This document shows positions 1 through 9,441 of a DNA stretch of 64,000 nucleotides, in pieces. Position numbers and translations under genes: made by a program. The stretch lies in assembly GCA_038064975.1 (NCBI GenBank), contig JBBTRX010000002.1, forward strand, positions 193,278 to 257,277, given 5' to 3'. Numbering within the stretch: the first letter of the stretch is position 1; every line of letters begins with the position of its first letter. The notes under the pieces were generated by a model. It saw only the letters and a program-made list of their open reading frames with translations, was not told the DNA's origin and searched no databases. The DNA comes from Patescibacteria group bacterium (GTDB taxonomy: Bacteria > Patescibacteriota > Minisyncoccia > UBA6257 > 1-14-0-10-40-38).

Positions 1-680
1 ACGCCATCATCATCCACGATGATCGTTTCTGAATCTTCACAGGTATTCCCTAGAGTATCGGAACACATAATGGTATATATTGTTGATTTACTGATCGTTT
101 GGCTCATAGATCCGCTCGTTCCGCTCTGACCGGCGAGTCCGTCCGATCCGGTACAATCCACGGCATTCATAGAATCCCAAGAAATCTGGACTCCATCTCC
201 TTTAGAAGCAGAAGCATTAGAAACTGAAACATCGCAGGTGAGTTCTCCGCTTCCGGTAGACGGAACGCTTCCTAGTAATGTAAGCCATACATATCGTGGT
301 TGCCAAGACATACCGTTTGTAGTTTTGGCGAGAACGGTGTTGATAGCGCCAAATGACCCATTTGCAGAAATTCTTCCTCCACCTCCAATAGAGATGCTAC
401 CAATCACATCAAGCTTATGTGCAGGGTTTACTGTTCCAATACCAACCCGTCCAACGCTCGGTCCATTTCCTGCAACAACGAGGGTAGTAGGTGCGTTTTG
501 TGAAGTATTTAAAGCGATACCCCCTTGTTTTTGTTGTAATAATGAACTTTCATTGATCGCTGATTCTGGCACTGATCCTTGTGGAGCTCCTTGGGACGGT
601 TCACTCCAGGGGGTGGCGTAGGTGATAAAAACAAAAGCGAGTCCAAATCCAGACAAAAGAAAGAAAAAATATCGTTTCAT
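1..680 (-). CDS. secreted paralog C of a 3-gene family (5' start at 680, C-terminus beyond window edge); signal peptide, VGRVGIGTVNPAHKLDV motif, Cys-rich C-terminal part
   Basis: My own translation of the reverse strand from ATG at 678-680: MKRYFFFLLSGFGLAFVFITYA...VGRVGIGTVNPAHKLDVIGS... It is open to position 1. It is absent from the ORF track because no stop lies in the window. It is a paralog of 689..1282 and 1289..1876. Confidence 0.6.
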   Translation of the reverse strand, partial: MKRYFFFLLSGFGLAFVFITYATPWSEPSQGAPQGSVPESAINESSLLQQKQGGIALNTSQNAPTTLVVAGNGPSVGRVGIGTVNPAHKLDVIGSISIGGGGRISANGSFGAINTVLAKTTNGMSWQPRYVWLTLLGSVPSTGSGELTCDVSVSNASASKGDGVQISWDSMNAVDCTGSDGLAGQSGTSGSMSQTISKSTIYTIMCSDTLGNTCEDSETIIVDDDG

Positions 681-688
681 AGTTCCAT

Positions 689-1282
689 TTAAAATACGGC
701 GTAGCATGAACGAATACGATAGTAATGATTCGGGTAGGATGAGTCTGACAAACAGAGCTCGCTGTATTCCGTGTATCCCAGGTCGCTGCATTCTTGTGGT
801 GGAGCTCCTGTGCATCCTCCGACACCAATGCCTCCCACGAGCGTCATCCAGGAAAATCGATCGCGCCATTCTACGGTATTTCCGGTTCGTGAAAGTATTT
901 GCCCATTCACGCCCGCAGCTCCATTTGGTACGAACGCTCCATTATCAATACGAAGATTGCCAGAGAATATTTGTAGCTTCGCGATTTCTGGGAATGTACC
1001 GATGATGGGGGGCGCGATAGTAACTAAGCCGGTTCCTGCCGGAGCGCTTGCGGATGGCGGATTGCCGTCAACGGTAAGAGCTATCGTCTGTATACCGTCT
1101 CCCAACTGCACCCCCCCCGATTTTGCCTGCCCCGTTGCGGTGGTATTGAGTGGAGCAGACACTCCTCCTCCCGGATAAGGATTTGAAGGATTCTTCCATG
1201 GAGCGGCATATACAACAACTCCACTCGCAACAAAGAGTGCAAATAAAGAGATAATAAACGGGGATGTAGTAAAAATTTTCAT
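689..1282 (-). CDS. secreted paralog A (197 aa), N-terminal signal peptide, Gly/Asn-rich beta-type region, C-terminal Cys-rich module
   Basis: ORF track. The hydrophobic N-terminus is MKIFTTSPFIISLFALFVASGVVVYAAP. Architecture is shared with neighbours (…NPS..P.. / …G.GV.G…, C-terminal C..C..C). It is packed 8 nt from paralog C. Confidence 0.6.
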   Translation of the reverse strand: MKIFTTSPFIISLFALFVASGVVVYAAPWKNPSNPYPGGGVSAPLNTTATGQAKSGGVQLGDGIQTIALTVDGNPPSASAPAGTGLVTIAPPIIGTFPEIAKLQIFSGNLRIDNGAFVPNGAAGVNGQILSRTGNTVEWRDRFSWMTLVGGIGVGGCTGAPPQECSDLGYTEYSELCLSDSSYPNHYYRIRSCYAVF

Positions 1283-1288
1283 ACGTGT

Positions 1289-1876
1289 TTAAAAACCCTT
1301 TTTACATATTCTTGTCTGTTTGCCGATAGAAGATGTGCCGAGAGTTTCGGTGCAGGGAGGTGGGCTTACTGGAAAGAGTTCATGCATGATCCATCCTGAA
1401 GGACAAATGGGGAATATCTCCATACACCCGCCATATGCGGCGTCGTAAGTGTCTATGCGTTGTATGGTCAGCCATGCAATGTCCGATACCCATAATTGCT
1501 GGAGGGCATTAACGTTCGCAAGAATATCGTCTTTAGATCCAAAACCACCGCTCATAACAAGACTCCCTGTAAGACCAACGTTCCCATTTACATCAAGAAG
1601 TTCCTGCGGATTATTAGTGCCAATACCTACTCGTCCTGAAATAAGTTCAAGGCCGGAAAGTGCGGTTTTGTTTGTATTAAGATCAAGGCGTCCGAGTTTT
1701 GTTTGTCCGACTGGGCCGACATTGAGAGGTTCGGCAACATTAAGTTGCGGTGGATTATTGTTTGAAAAATTGATCCATCCGCCATAGCTCGTACGTGCAA
1801 GAAAGAAAAGAGAAATACCTAAAACAAAGAAGATAGAGTTAAAAATAATTTGCTTGGTTATATTTCGCATATCCAT
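1289..1876 (-). CDS. secreted paralog B (195 aa) with VGIGTNNPQELLDVNGNVGLTG motif
   Basis: ORF track. There is an N-terminal TM/signal segment, and the VGIGT-NP-x-LDV-G motif is shared with paralog C. The C-terminus is Cys-rich. Confidence 0.6.
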   Translation of the reverse strand: MDMRNITKQIIFNSIFFVLGISLFFLARTSYGGWINFSNNNPPQLNVAEPLNVGPVGQTKLGRLDLNTNKTALSGLELISGRVGIGTNNPQELLDVNGNVGLTGSLVMSGGFGSKDDILANVNALQQLWVSDIAWLTIQRIDTYDAAYGGCMEIFPICPSGWIMHELFPVSPPPCTETLGTSSIGKQTRICKKGF

Positions 1877-2131
1877 TTATTGGGCGGTAAGACGATCAAT
1901 AATTTTGGGATCAGGATATGAAGCAGAATCATCGTACGGTGCGGTAAGATTTTCCAGTACTTGTTCTTGGTCTAGTTCCGCTGGTCTTTTCGGAACGTCT
2001 TTCGTAACATTATCGCGTCGCATGATAGCAATGAAAAATATCAAAACAATAAGAATGACGACAAAAACTATTGCGACAAGAGTGTTGTGTGTTGGATGAT
2101 CGAAATCTTGAGGAGATTTTTTTTCAGGCAT
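1877..2131 (-). CDS. small single-pass membrane protein (84 aa), hypothetical
   Basis: ORF track. The hydrophobic core is LVAIVFVVILIVLIFFIAIM. Its stop abuts the start of paralog B, which gives operon-like packing. Confidence 0.4.
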   Translation of the reverse strand: MPEKKSPQDFDHPTHNTLVAIVFVVILIVLIFFIAIMRRDNVTKDVPKRPAELDQEQVLENLTAPYDDSASYPDPKIIDRLTAQ

Positions 2132-2189
2132 TACTTTAATAGCTTCAGTATAACGTAGAGAGTTGAAGTCTGCGAACGCGCCCTGTGGA

Positions 2190-4301
2190 TTACTCCAAGT
2201 GAATTTGCTTATGGAGCGTGTTCATTTTTTCTACGAGGAGTGGAAAAGCAGAAAGATCGGGACTTAAGGCGAGTGTTGCCTTCGCCGCAGTATGAGCGCT
2301 TTGGAGAAGATGTGGATCACGCAGGGCTTGCATGGCGATATCAGGAATTCCCGTTTGGCTACTTCCAAAAAATTGTCCGGGCCCGCGTAGGCGAAGGTCG
2401 TGTTCTGCAAGTTCAAAGCCGTTTTTCGCAGCAATCAGAGCTTTTAAGCGACTCTGCACCCCCTCGCTCTCTGATTCAGTAAATAAAAAACAATAGGACT
2501 GGTGCTCTCCACGGCCCACGCGCCCACGGAATTGATAAAGCTGAGCAAGACCAAAGTGTTCGGCGCCTTCAATCAGCATCACGGTTGCGTTCGGCACGTC
2601 TACGCCAACTTCAATTACGGAAGTTGAAACAAGAATATTACTCTCCCCTGCTTTAAACGCGCGCATGACGGCGTCTTTCTCTTTTCCTTTCATCCGTCCG
2701 TGGATCATCTGAACGGAAAGTTCGGGAAATATTGTTTCCGAAAGTCGCTTATATTCTTCGGTTACTGTTTTTGCGTCTAGCCATGCGGTATTTATTTTTT
2801 TCTTTTCATCATCCCCTGTTTCATTTTTTTCTATGCGTGGGCAAATAATAAACGCTTGGCGTCCTTCCGCAATTTGTTTTCGTAGAAACTCATACGCTCC
2901 AGTTCTTTTTTCCGGAGGAACAATATGGGTTTTAATGCTACGCCGTCCTTTTGGAAGTTCGTTTACAACAGAAAGATCTAAATCGCCAAAGAGGGCGAGT
3001 GAAAGCGTGCGTGGAATAGGAGTCGCACTCATGGAAAGAAAATGTGGCAAAACAGAATTTTCTTTTTTTACGCCCACGAGACGAGATCGTTGCTCTACGC
3101 CAAATCGGTGCTGTTCATCAATAATGACGAGCGCGAGATTTTTAAATGAAACATTTTTCTCAATGAGTGCATGTGTTCCGAAAACGAGTTTGACAGAGCC
3201 ATCAGCGATACCAGTAAGTATTCTTTTTTTATTTTTCGGTTCCAAGTCGCTTACTAAAAGATGGAGTGGAATGTTCCATTCGCGGAGAAGTTTGCCTAGT
3301 GTGTCGGAGAGCGTTCTATAATGTTGCCGAGCAAGAACTTCTGTCGGTGCCATAAAGGCGACTTGATATCCCTGTCGTACGGCGAGCAGTGCCGCAATCG
3401 CGGCAACAACTGTTTTTCCCGATCCGACATCCCCTTGCAATAGTCGATTCATCGGATGGGGTTCTGCCATATCAGCAAGGATTTGTTCAGTGCATGCCGA
3501 TTGCGCCGCAGTGAGCGTAAAAGGCAGATGACTCATGGCAATACTCGCTGTAAGTTCATCTCGAAGAATGGGAATTGCCTTCGCTCGCCCTAATGCTTCT
3601 CGCATTTTTGCATGCAGTAATTGAAGTAAAAAAAGATCTTCAAACGCGAATCTTCGGCGGGCAAGCTCCGCCTCTTCAATGGTTTCCGGAAAATGAATTG
3701 AACGGAGCGCATCTCTAAGCTCTGGCATGCCGGCGCTTCTTCGGACGGTTTCCGGGAGAAAATCAGGCAATGCCCCAAGAACATGGAGAATTGGTTTTAC
3801 AAGATAACGGATGCCGCGCGAAGTAAGACCTCTTGTTTCGGGATAGACCGGAACAAGACGTGCGGTGTGCCTATTCCCTCCGGTGCTTTGTGCCGGTTCA
3901 TATGAAGGGCTTGCAAGATAGAGTGAACCTTCGCGAGAAGAAACTTTTCCGGCAAAGTTTGCTTCCATACCGATCTGAAGCGTTTTTGCGATGAATGGCT
4001 GATTGAACCAGACTGCTTTTATTCCTCCGCTTGAGTCGGCAATAACAGCTTCCACGAGCGTCATTCTTCTCCGCCATGTTCTCCGCGATTCTATTTTCTT
4101 TACAATGCCTTGTATTGTTGCGGTTTCTCCGAGAGCGAGATCTGCGATGGAAGCGACACGGGTAAAATCTTCGTAGCGTGAGGGAAAATGCCACAGAAGA
4201 TTTTGAACGGTAAGAATACCCAACTTCTCTAATTTTGAGAGGAATGGTTTGCTGAGTCCCCGTATCTGTCCGAGGTTTGTTTTCAGCGTGATCGTATTCA
4301 T
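2190..4301 (-). CDS. recG: ATP-dependent DNA helicase RecG
   Basis: Helicase motifs GDVGSGKT and DEQHRFGV are present, with a RecG-like wedge/N-terminal region. The ORF track used a GTG at 4313. The ATG at 4301 (MNTITLKT...) lies just below the tRNA, so it is preferred. Confidence 0.9.
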   Translation of the reverse strand: MNTITLKTNLGQIRGLSKPFLSKLEKLGILTVQNLLWHFPSRYEDFTRVASIADLALGETATIQGIVKKIESRRTWRRRMTLVEAVIADSSGGIKAVWFNQPFIAKTLQIGMEANFAGKVSSREGSLYLASPSYEPAQSTGGNRHTARLVPVYPETRGLTSRGIRYLVKPILHVLGALPDFLPETVRRSAGMPELRDALRSIHFPETIEEAELARRRFAFEDLFLLQLLHAKMREALGRAKAIPILRDELTASIAMSHLPFTLTAAQSACTEQILADMAEPHPMNRLLQGDVGSGKTVVAAIAALLAVRQGYQVAFMAPTEVLARQHYRTLSDTLGKLLREWNIPLHLLVSDLEPKNKKRILTGIADGSVKLVFGTHALIEKNVSFKNLALVIIDEQHRFGVEQRSRLVGVKKENSVLPHFLSMSATPIPRTLSLALFGDLDLSVVNELPKGRRSIKTHIVPPEKRTGAYEFLRKQIAEGRQAFIICPRIEKNETGDDEKKKINTAWLDAKTVTEEYKRLSETIFPELSVQMIHGRMKGKEKDAVMRAFKAGESNILVSTSVIEVGVDVPNATVMLIEGAEHFGLAQLYQFRGRVGRGEHQSYCFLFTESESEGVQSRLKALIAAKNGFELAEHDLRLRGPGQFFGSSQTGIPDIAMQALRDPHLLQSAHTAAKATLALSPDLSAFPLLVEKMNTLHKQIHLE

Positions 4302-4304
4302 TTG

Positions 4305-4377
4305 TGCGCCCACCTGGATTCGAACCAGGGACCGTCTCCTTAAGAGGGAGCTGCTCTACCGACTGAGCTATGGGCGC
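4305..4377 (-). tRNA. tRNA-Lys (anticodon CTT)
   Basis: Manual cloverleaf. The acceptor is GCGCCCA/TGGGCGC. The D-arm is TAGCTCAGTCGGTAGAGC. The anticodon loop is CTCTTAA. The T-loop is GGTTCGAATCC. No CCA is encoded. Confidence 0.7.
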
Positions 4378-4389
4378 GTTACAGTGTTG

Positions 4390-4554
4390 TACGTCGCGTT
4401 TTGGTAAACTGCGACATCTTCGTCACTCTTCGCTTCATCGATAATCTTGCCTTAGGGTAGCATGTTGTTTTAGAAAAAAAAAGAGAGCGTATATGTAATA
4501 TAAAGTTCGTCGCGTTTTGCTAAACCGCGACATCTTCGTCGCTCTTCGCTCCTT
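4390..4554. repeat. two ~48-bp imperfect direct repeats (4390-4440 and 4503-4554), each with a GTCGCG...CGCGAC hairpin followed by ATCTTCGTCRCTCTTCGCT
   Basis: Direct sequence comparison shows about 44 of 48 identical positions. The repeats lie between tRNA-Lys and glgA. Confidence 0.6.
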
Positions 4555-4684
4555 GAGATGCGAAATTTATAATGCGAATGATGCAAAAAAGTTATTTGTC
4601 GTCAGTCGTTAGTTCTTTATCTTTCATTATTTATTATTCATCGCCCATTATTTTTCGGGATTAATTTATGATATACTCCCTGTT

Positions 4685-6217
4685 ATGGCGCTATTTAAGC
4701 GGCGGCATAAGCTCAATATACTTTTTGTCGCTCCAGAGGCAGTTCCTTTCGTAAAAGCAGGAGGGCTCGGCGAGGTTATGCTCGCGCTTCCTCGGGAATT
4801 AGTAAGATTAGGACACGACGCTCGAGTAATGATTCCGCGTTATGGCGGGATTGATGTAGAGAAATTTCCCACTGAAATGGAGGTGGAGGGTCTTGCCGTA
4901 CCTACCGGCAGTGACGGATCAAACGCCCAAGAACCGCAGGAGCTCATCTGCAATGTCCGCAAATTTGTTGCCGAGAGCGGTTTGGGATCGCCTGTTACGA
5001 CATATTTTTTAGAAAATCTTGAGTACTACGAAAAGCGGTCCAATATTTATGGATATAGTGACGACGCGATACGTTGGGCGCTTTTATCGCGCGGCACTTT
5101 GGAATTTATTAAGAAGAGTGATTGGGTTCCCGATGTTATCGTTGCTTCTGATTGGCAGACAGGATTTTTAGCGAACTACCTCCGCACAACCTATAAAGAT
5201 GATGAGGTTTTAAGTCGCATCGCAACTGTTTTTATCATCCACAATCTTTCGTATCAAGGAATGTTTGATCACCGTTTCGTGACAGAAATGGATTATGACG
5301 ATGGCCAATCAACTCTCCCTTCGTTCTTTGATCCGCGACTTCTTAAAGTAAATGGCATGAGGCGTGGCATTATTCATGCCGATGCTGTGAGTACCGTATC
5401 GCCGACCTATGCTCGGGAAATTATGACTCCGGAATATGGAGAGCTCTTGGATGATTTGCTGCGTGAGCGGAGAAGTAGAGTGTACGGAATCATGAATGGT
5501 ATTGATTACGACAATTATAATCCTGAATTAGATGAGTATTTGAGCGAAACATATGACGTCACATCGCTTAACCTGCGGAAAGCGAATAAAGCGGAATTGC
5601 AGGCGCGGTTTGGACTTAATGACGACGCGAATGCTTTTTTGATTGCTATCGCATCACGCTTAAGCGGACAGAAAGGATTCGATCTTCTTTTTTCTATTAC
5701 TGATCGGCTATTTAAAGAACTTAATATCCAGCTTGCGGTGTTAGGTGCAGGGGAAGGTCACTATATGGGTTTCTTTCAGGAGCTGGAGAAAAAATATCCG
5801 GGCCGCGTGGGAACGCACCTTTCGTTTGATGTGGTACTTCCCCATCTTATCCACGGCGGAGCGGATGCGATCCTCATTCCATCCCGTTTTGAACCGGCAG
5901 GACTTCTTCAGCTTGAAGCCATGCGGTACGGAGCAATTCCTATCGCAAGGAAAACCGGCGGACTCGCGGACACGGTTCAGGACTGTGATGTCCAGAAAAA
6001 AATCGGAACAGGATTTGTTTTTACGGATTTTGATCCTCAGTCAATGATGATTGCTATTACGCGAGCGTATGAAAATTTCAAAAATACTGGAGTATGGCGC
6101 ATGATCCAGAAAAATGCGATGGCTCAAGATTTTTCTTGGAGCAAAGCAGCAGATGAGTATGCGCGCTTATTTGTGCAAGCCGTCGGTTTCCGTCGGCGAG
6201 ATATAGACTCTGAATAA
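4685..6217 (+). CDS. glgA: glycogen/starch synthase (GT5), ADP-glucose type
   Basis: The N-terminal motif KAGGLGEV is present. Length and C-terminal GT-B features fit glycogen synthase. Confidence 0.85.
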   Translation: MALFKRRHKLNILFVAPEAVPFVKAGGLGEVMLALPRELVRLGHDARVMIPRYGGIDVEKFPTEMEVEGLAVPTGSDGSNAQEPQELICNVRKFVAESGLGSPVTTYFLENLEYYEKRSNIYGYSDDAIRWALLSRGTLEFIKKSDWVPDVIVASDWQTGFLANYLRTTYKDDEVLSRIATVFIIHNLSYQGMFDHRFVTEMDYDDGQSTLPSFFDPRLLKVNGMRRGIIHADAVSTVSPTYAREIMTPEYGELLDDLLRERRSRVYGIMNGIDYDNYNPELDEYLSETYDVTSLNLRKANKAELQARFGLNDDANAFLIAIASRLSGQKGFDLLFSITDRLFKELNIQLAVLGAGEGHYMGFFQELEKKYPGRVGTHLSFDVVLPHLIHGGADAILIPSRFEPAGLLQLEAMRYGAIPIARKTGGLADTVQDCDVQKKIGTGFVFTDFDPQSMMIAITRAYENFKNTGVWRMIQKNAMAQDFSWSKAADEYARLFVQAVGFRRRDIDSE

Positions 6218-6241
6218 CAACGGAGTCAATTAATCCCATTT

Positions 6242-7735
6242 ATGTATTGGGCAAATTTCTTACACGTCTACCAGCCGGCAGAACAGCAGTCGGATATTTT
6301 GGAAGCAATCGTCGCACAAAGCTACCGTTCAATCTTTGAACATATTCGGGACGCGAAGCGTGTGCGGGCTACATTAAATATTAATGGAGCGCTTTTGGAA
6401 CTTTTTGATAAGAACGGATACCAGGATTTGATTGATATGTTACGGGTAGCAGGATCAGAGGGTAGGCTGGAATTTACCGGATGCGCGAAATACCACGCTT
6501 TTCTGCCCTTTCTTGAAGAGAAAGAGATTATTCGCCAGATCAAAACGAACGACGAAACGAATAAATTTTTCTTAGGTGATATGTACGCGCCGCAAGGGTT
6601 TTTCCCTCCAGAAATGGCGTACAATCCAAAGCTTGCTCCTATTGTGGAGTCTCTGGGATTTAAGTGGATTATGCTTGATGAGATCGCGAAAGATGGCAAT
6701 CCCGGCTCCGTGGATTATTCAAAAATTTATACGATCCAGGGGACAAAGCTCGGTGTATTTTTCCGTGAGCGGAGAACGAGTAATATGATTATGAGCGCTA
6801 TCGTACGGTCTCCAGAAACGTTAGAGCAGGCAATGAAAGATGAATTGAATAAGAAGCGTTACCTGCTTACCGCGATGGACGGTGAAACGTTCGGGCATCA
6901 CCGCCCCGGGCTTGAGAAAATGCTTTTCTCCGTATGGGAATCTAAAAAATTCGATCTCGTTACCGTTTCCGAACTCGCTACTCATTTTAAAGAGCGGGCA
7001 GTGGTAAGCCCGGTTGCTTCTACGTGGGCATCAAGTAAAGAAGATATTGATAAGGGAATTCAGTTTTTATCGTGGTCGGATCCGGAAAATCGCATTCATA
7101 CTTGGCAGTGGGAGCTCGTTAAAATGACCCTTGAAGAAGTGTATACGATGGACTCAAAGCACCCGCGCTATGAGCGCGTACGGCATAAGATGGATTTAGG
7201 GCTTGCGAGCGATCACTTTTGGTGGGCATCCGCAAAACCGTGGTGGAGTTTAGAGATGATTGAAGACGGTGCGTATCGCCTCTTGGAAACAATCCGAACA
7301 ATCCCAGGAGTTTCCGAAGCAAAATTGTTCCGTGCTCGAGATTTGTATGAAAAAATAATTTCAACTGCTTTCAATTGGCAAAGAACGGGAAAAATTCGCC
7401 AAATGATGCGGGATCAGAAAGCAATTCTCCGCATTCCTTTTTATGATCGTACGATAACGAAAGGTGGCGCTGAAGAAGGTGTTTTTCATGCCTTTCTGGA
7501 TATGATAGGAGGGCTAGAAAAAGAAGCGGCTGCTCGGGGTGAATATGAAAAAGCAATTTTATGGAGAGATGCGGCATATAAATTGAAAAACAAATTAGAT
7601 ATTTACGATACGATTAATGCTATTGATCTCCTGCGCGTTGAGATTTCACATGATGACGTTGAAAAAACGATAGAGAAGTATAAAGCTGAATATCAGCGCA
7701 TTCGCGGAGGCCAGCCGGAACAGCGAGGCAATTAA
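6242..7735 (+). CDS. glycoside hydrolase family 57-like alpha-glucan processing enzyme
   Basis: The N-terminus FLHVYQP resembles the GH57 'HxHQP' signature. It sits between two glgA genes. The family call is from motif memory only. Confidence 0.55.
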   Translation: MYWANFLHVYQPAEQQSDILEAIVAQSYRSIFEHIRDAKRVRATLNINGALLELFDKNGYQDLIDMLRVAGSEGRLEFTGCAKYHAFLPFLEEKEIIRQIKTNDETNKFFLGDMYAPQGFFPPEMAYNPKLAPIVESLGFKWIMLDEIAKDGNPGSVDYSKIYTIQGTKLGVFFRERRTSNMIMSAIVRSPETLEQAMKDELNKKRYLLTAMDGETFGHHRPGLEKMLFSVWESKKFDLVTVSELATHFKERAVVSPVASTWASSKEDIDKGIQFLSWSDPENRIHTWQWELVKMTLEEVYTMDSKHPRYERVRHKMDLGLASDHFWWASAKPWWSLEMIEDGAYRLLETIRTIPGVSEAKLFRARDLYEKIISTAFNWQRTGKIRQMMRDQKAILRIPFYDRTITKGGAEEGVFHAFLDMIGGLEKEAAARGEYEKAILWRDAAYKLKNKLDIYDTINAIDLLRVEISHDDVEKTIEKYKAEYQRIRGGQPEQRGN

Positions 7736-7738
7736 AAA

Positions 7739-7885
7739 CGCTCGCATTCTTTTTCAAAAAGCTATAAGAATGACCTTTTTAGAAAGAATACTCGCTTGTA
7801 TGACGTAAGGTAGCTCGCATTCTTTTTCAAAACTAGGTCCTCGTCGCTATCGCGCCTGCGAGTAGTTTTTAAAAAGAATACTCGC
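7739..7885. repeat. two copies of an inverted-repeat unit (CTCGCATTCTTTTTCAAAA ... AGAAAGAATACTCGCTTG)
   Basis: Copies are seen at 7739-7800 and 7816-7885. A related GATATTCTTTT/AAAAGAATATC inverted repeat occurs at 40843-40894, upstream of recA. Confidence 0.5.
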
Positions 7886-7963
7886 TTGGAGCGTTATGAG
7901 TCGGTATAGGAGAAAAAAACATCCCCGTACGGTGGGGGTGTTTTTTGTGATACAATAAAATGC

Positions 7964-9397
7964 ATGAAAATACTTTTTGTCGCTTCGGAACTCACTCCGA
8001 TTGCAAAGGTTGGCGGCCTGGGAGACGTGATGGGCGCTCTTCCAAAGGCACTCACTCATATCGGTGTAGAAGCAGGTATGGTACTCCCCTTTTATGGTTT
8101 TATCCCTAGAAAAGGAGCGCGGCGCATTGCTCATAATATAATAGTACGGCTTGGAAACAGCGAAGAAGTTATTTCTCTCTATGAAACGGTTATTCCTAAT
8201 ACGACAACACCGCTTTTTCTTGTAGAGAATAAAAGATATTGGACACACGGCCCGGAACCATATTTTGAACAAACGGGTTTTACGGGCGCTAAAGACGAAA
8301 TTCAACGATTCACGTTTTTCTCGCGTGCTGTTTTTGAGCTTATTAAATTGGGTTATCTGAAGGCCGATATTTTACATTGCCAAGATTGGCATACCGGTGC
8401 TTTAGCTTCATATATTGCGCGTTTTCGGGGAGAGTTAGAGAACCCGAAGATCAAAACAATCTTCACTATTCATAACCTAAGCAATCAAGGCAAATGGAAT
8501 AAAGCGGATATAGACTTTTGGCTTTTCGGCAGTAATGAGGAGCCTTTCTTTAATGCCTTCGGAAAAGATTATAACTTTATTGCGGAAGGAATATTGACCG
8601 CGGATTATGTAACAACGGTCAGTCCAACATATGCTCTGGAAATTCAAACGAAAGAGTATGGTGCAGGGTTAGAAAAAGTTATCCAGAAACGCAGTGACCG
8701 GCTTGTCGGTATTTTAAACGGTATAGACTATGCCTTCTTTAATCCGGCTACCGATCCGCTGATTGAGCAACGGTATTCATATGACAGTCTTAATTTGAAG
8801 CGTGTTAATACCACTGCGTTCCGAGAAAGCTCTCATTTTGATGATACAGGAGGTCCCCTCTTTGGTTTCGTCGCGCGTCTCACTGCTCAAAAAAGCATTG
8901 ATCTTATCATTGATGCTTTAGAGAGTCTTCTTCCGAAATTGAATGCCCAATTTACATTCTTAGGAAGCGGAGCTAAGGAATACGAAGATCACCTCATTCA
9001 ATTAGCGAAGAATTTTCCAAATCATATTCGGGTGAAAATCGGTTTTGATGAAGCTCTCGCTCATCGCATATACGCCGCAAGCGATTTCTTTTTTATGCCC
9101 TCTCGTTTTGAACCATGTGGGCTCGGTCAGATGATTAGCATGCGGTATGGCTCTGTACCAATCGTGCGCGCAACCGGAGGATTAAAAGATTCCGTAGAGC
9201 ATCGCAAGACGGGATTTGTTTTCACTGATTCCAGTGTTTCTGCTCTCAAAAAAGAAATACTCGCGGCGCACGAGCTCTATATGAAAAAGCCGAAAGATCT
9301 CCAGAAAATGCAGGAGAACGGTATGAGAAAGAATTTTGATTTTGAAAATGTTGCTCGAGCATACAAGGACCTCTACCAAAAAGTTTCTGCACTCTAG
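7964..9397 (+). CDS. glgA: glycogen/starch synthase paralog (GT5)
   Basis: The N-terminal motif AKVGGLGDVM is present. It is a full-length GT5 architecture. Confidence 0.85.
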   Translation: MKILFVASELTPIAKVGGLGDVMGALPKALTHIGVEAGMVLPFYGFIPRKGARRIAHNIIVRLGNSEEVISLYETVIPNTTTPLFLVENKRYWTHGPEPYFEQTGFTGAKDEIQRFTFFSRAVFELIKLGYLKADILHCQDWHTGALASYIARFRGELENPKIKTIFTIHNLSNQGKWNKADIDFWLFGSNEEPFFNAFGKDYNFIAEGILTADYVTTVSPTYALEIQTKEYGAGLEKVIQKRSDRLVGILNGIDYAFFNPATDPLIEQRYSYDSLNLKRVNTTAFRESSHFDDTGGPLFGFVARLTAQKSIDLIIDALESLLPKLNAQFTFLGSGAKEYEDHLIQLAKNFPNHIRVKIGFDEALAHRIYAASDFFFMPSRFEPCGLGQMISMRYGSVPIVRATGGLKDSVEHRKTGFVFTDSSVSALKKEILAAHELYMKKPKDLQKMQENGMRKNFDFENVARAYKDLYQKVSAL

Positions 9398-9399
9398 AA

Positions 9400-9441
9400 A
9401 AATAAAAAAAATCGTCCCCTATTGCGGGGGCGATTTTTTAA
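9400..9441. terminator. bidirectional rho-independent terminator (A-run, hairpin ATCGTCCCC/GGGGGCGAT, T-run)
   Basis: The hairpin is seen in sequence. It lies between convergent glgA (+) and yraN (-). Confidence 0.6.

Noticed and set aside
238-1787. Plus-strand ORFs 238..621, 622..1005, 771..1178 and 1449..1787
   Set aside because: They are antisense to the three tightly packed secreted paralogs. They are Pro/Arg/Cys-rich and typical of antisense translation of GC-rich coding DNA.
2240-4194. Several 60-160 aa ORFs inside recG on both strands
   Set aside because: They are nested within or antisense to a well-supported 700-aa helicase gene.
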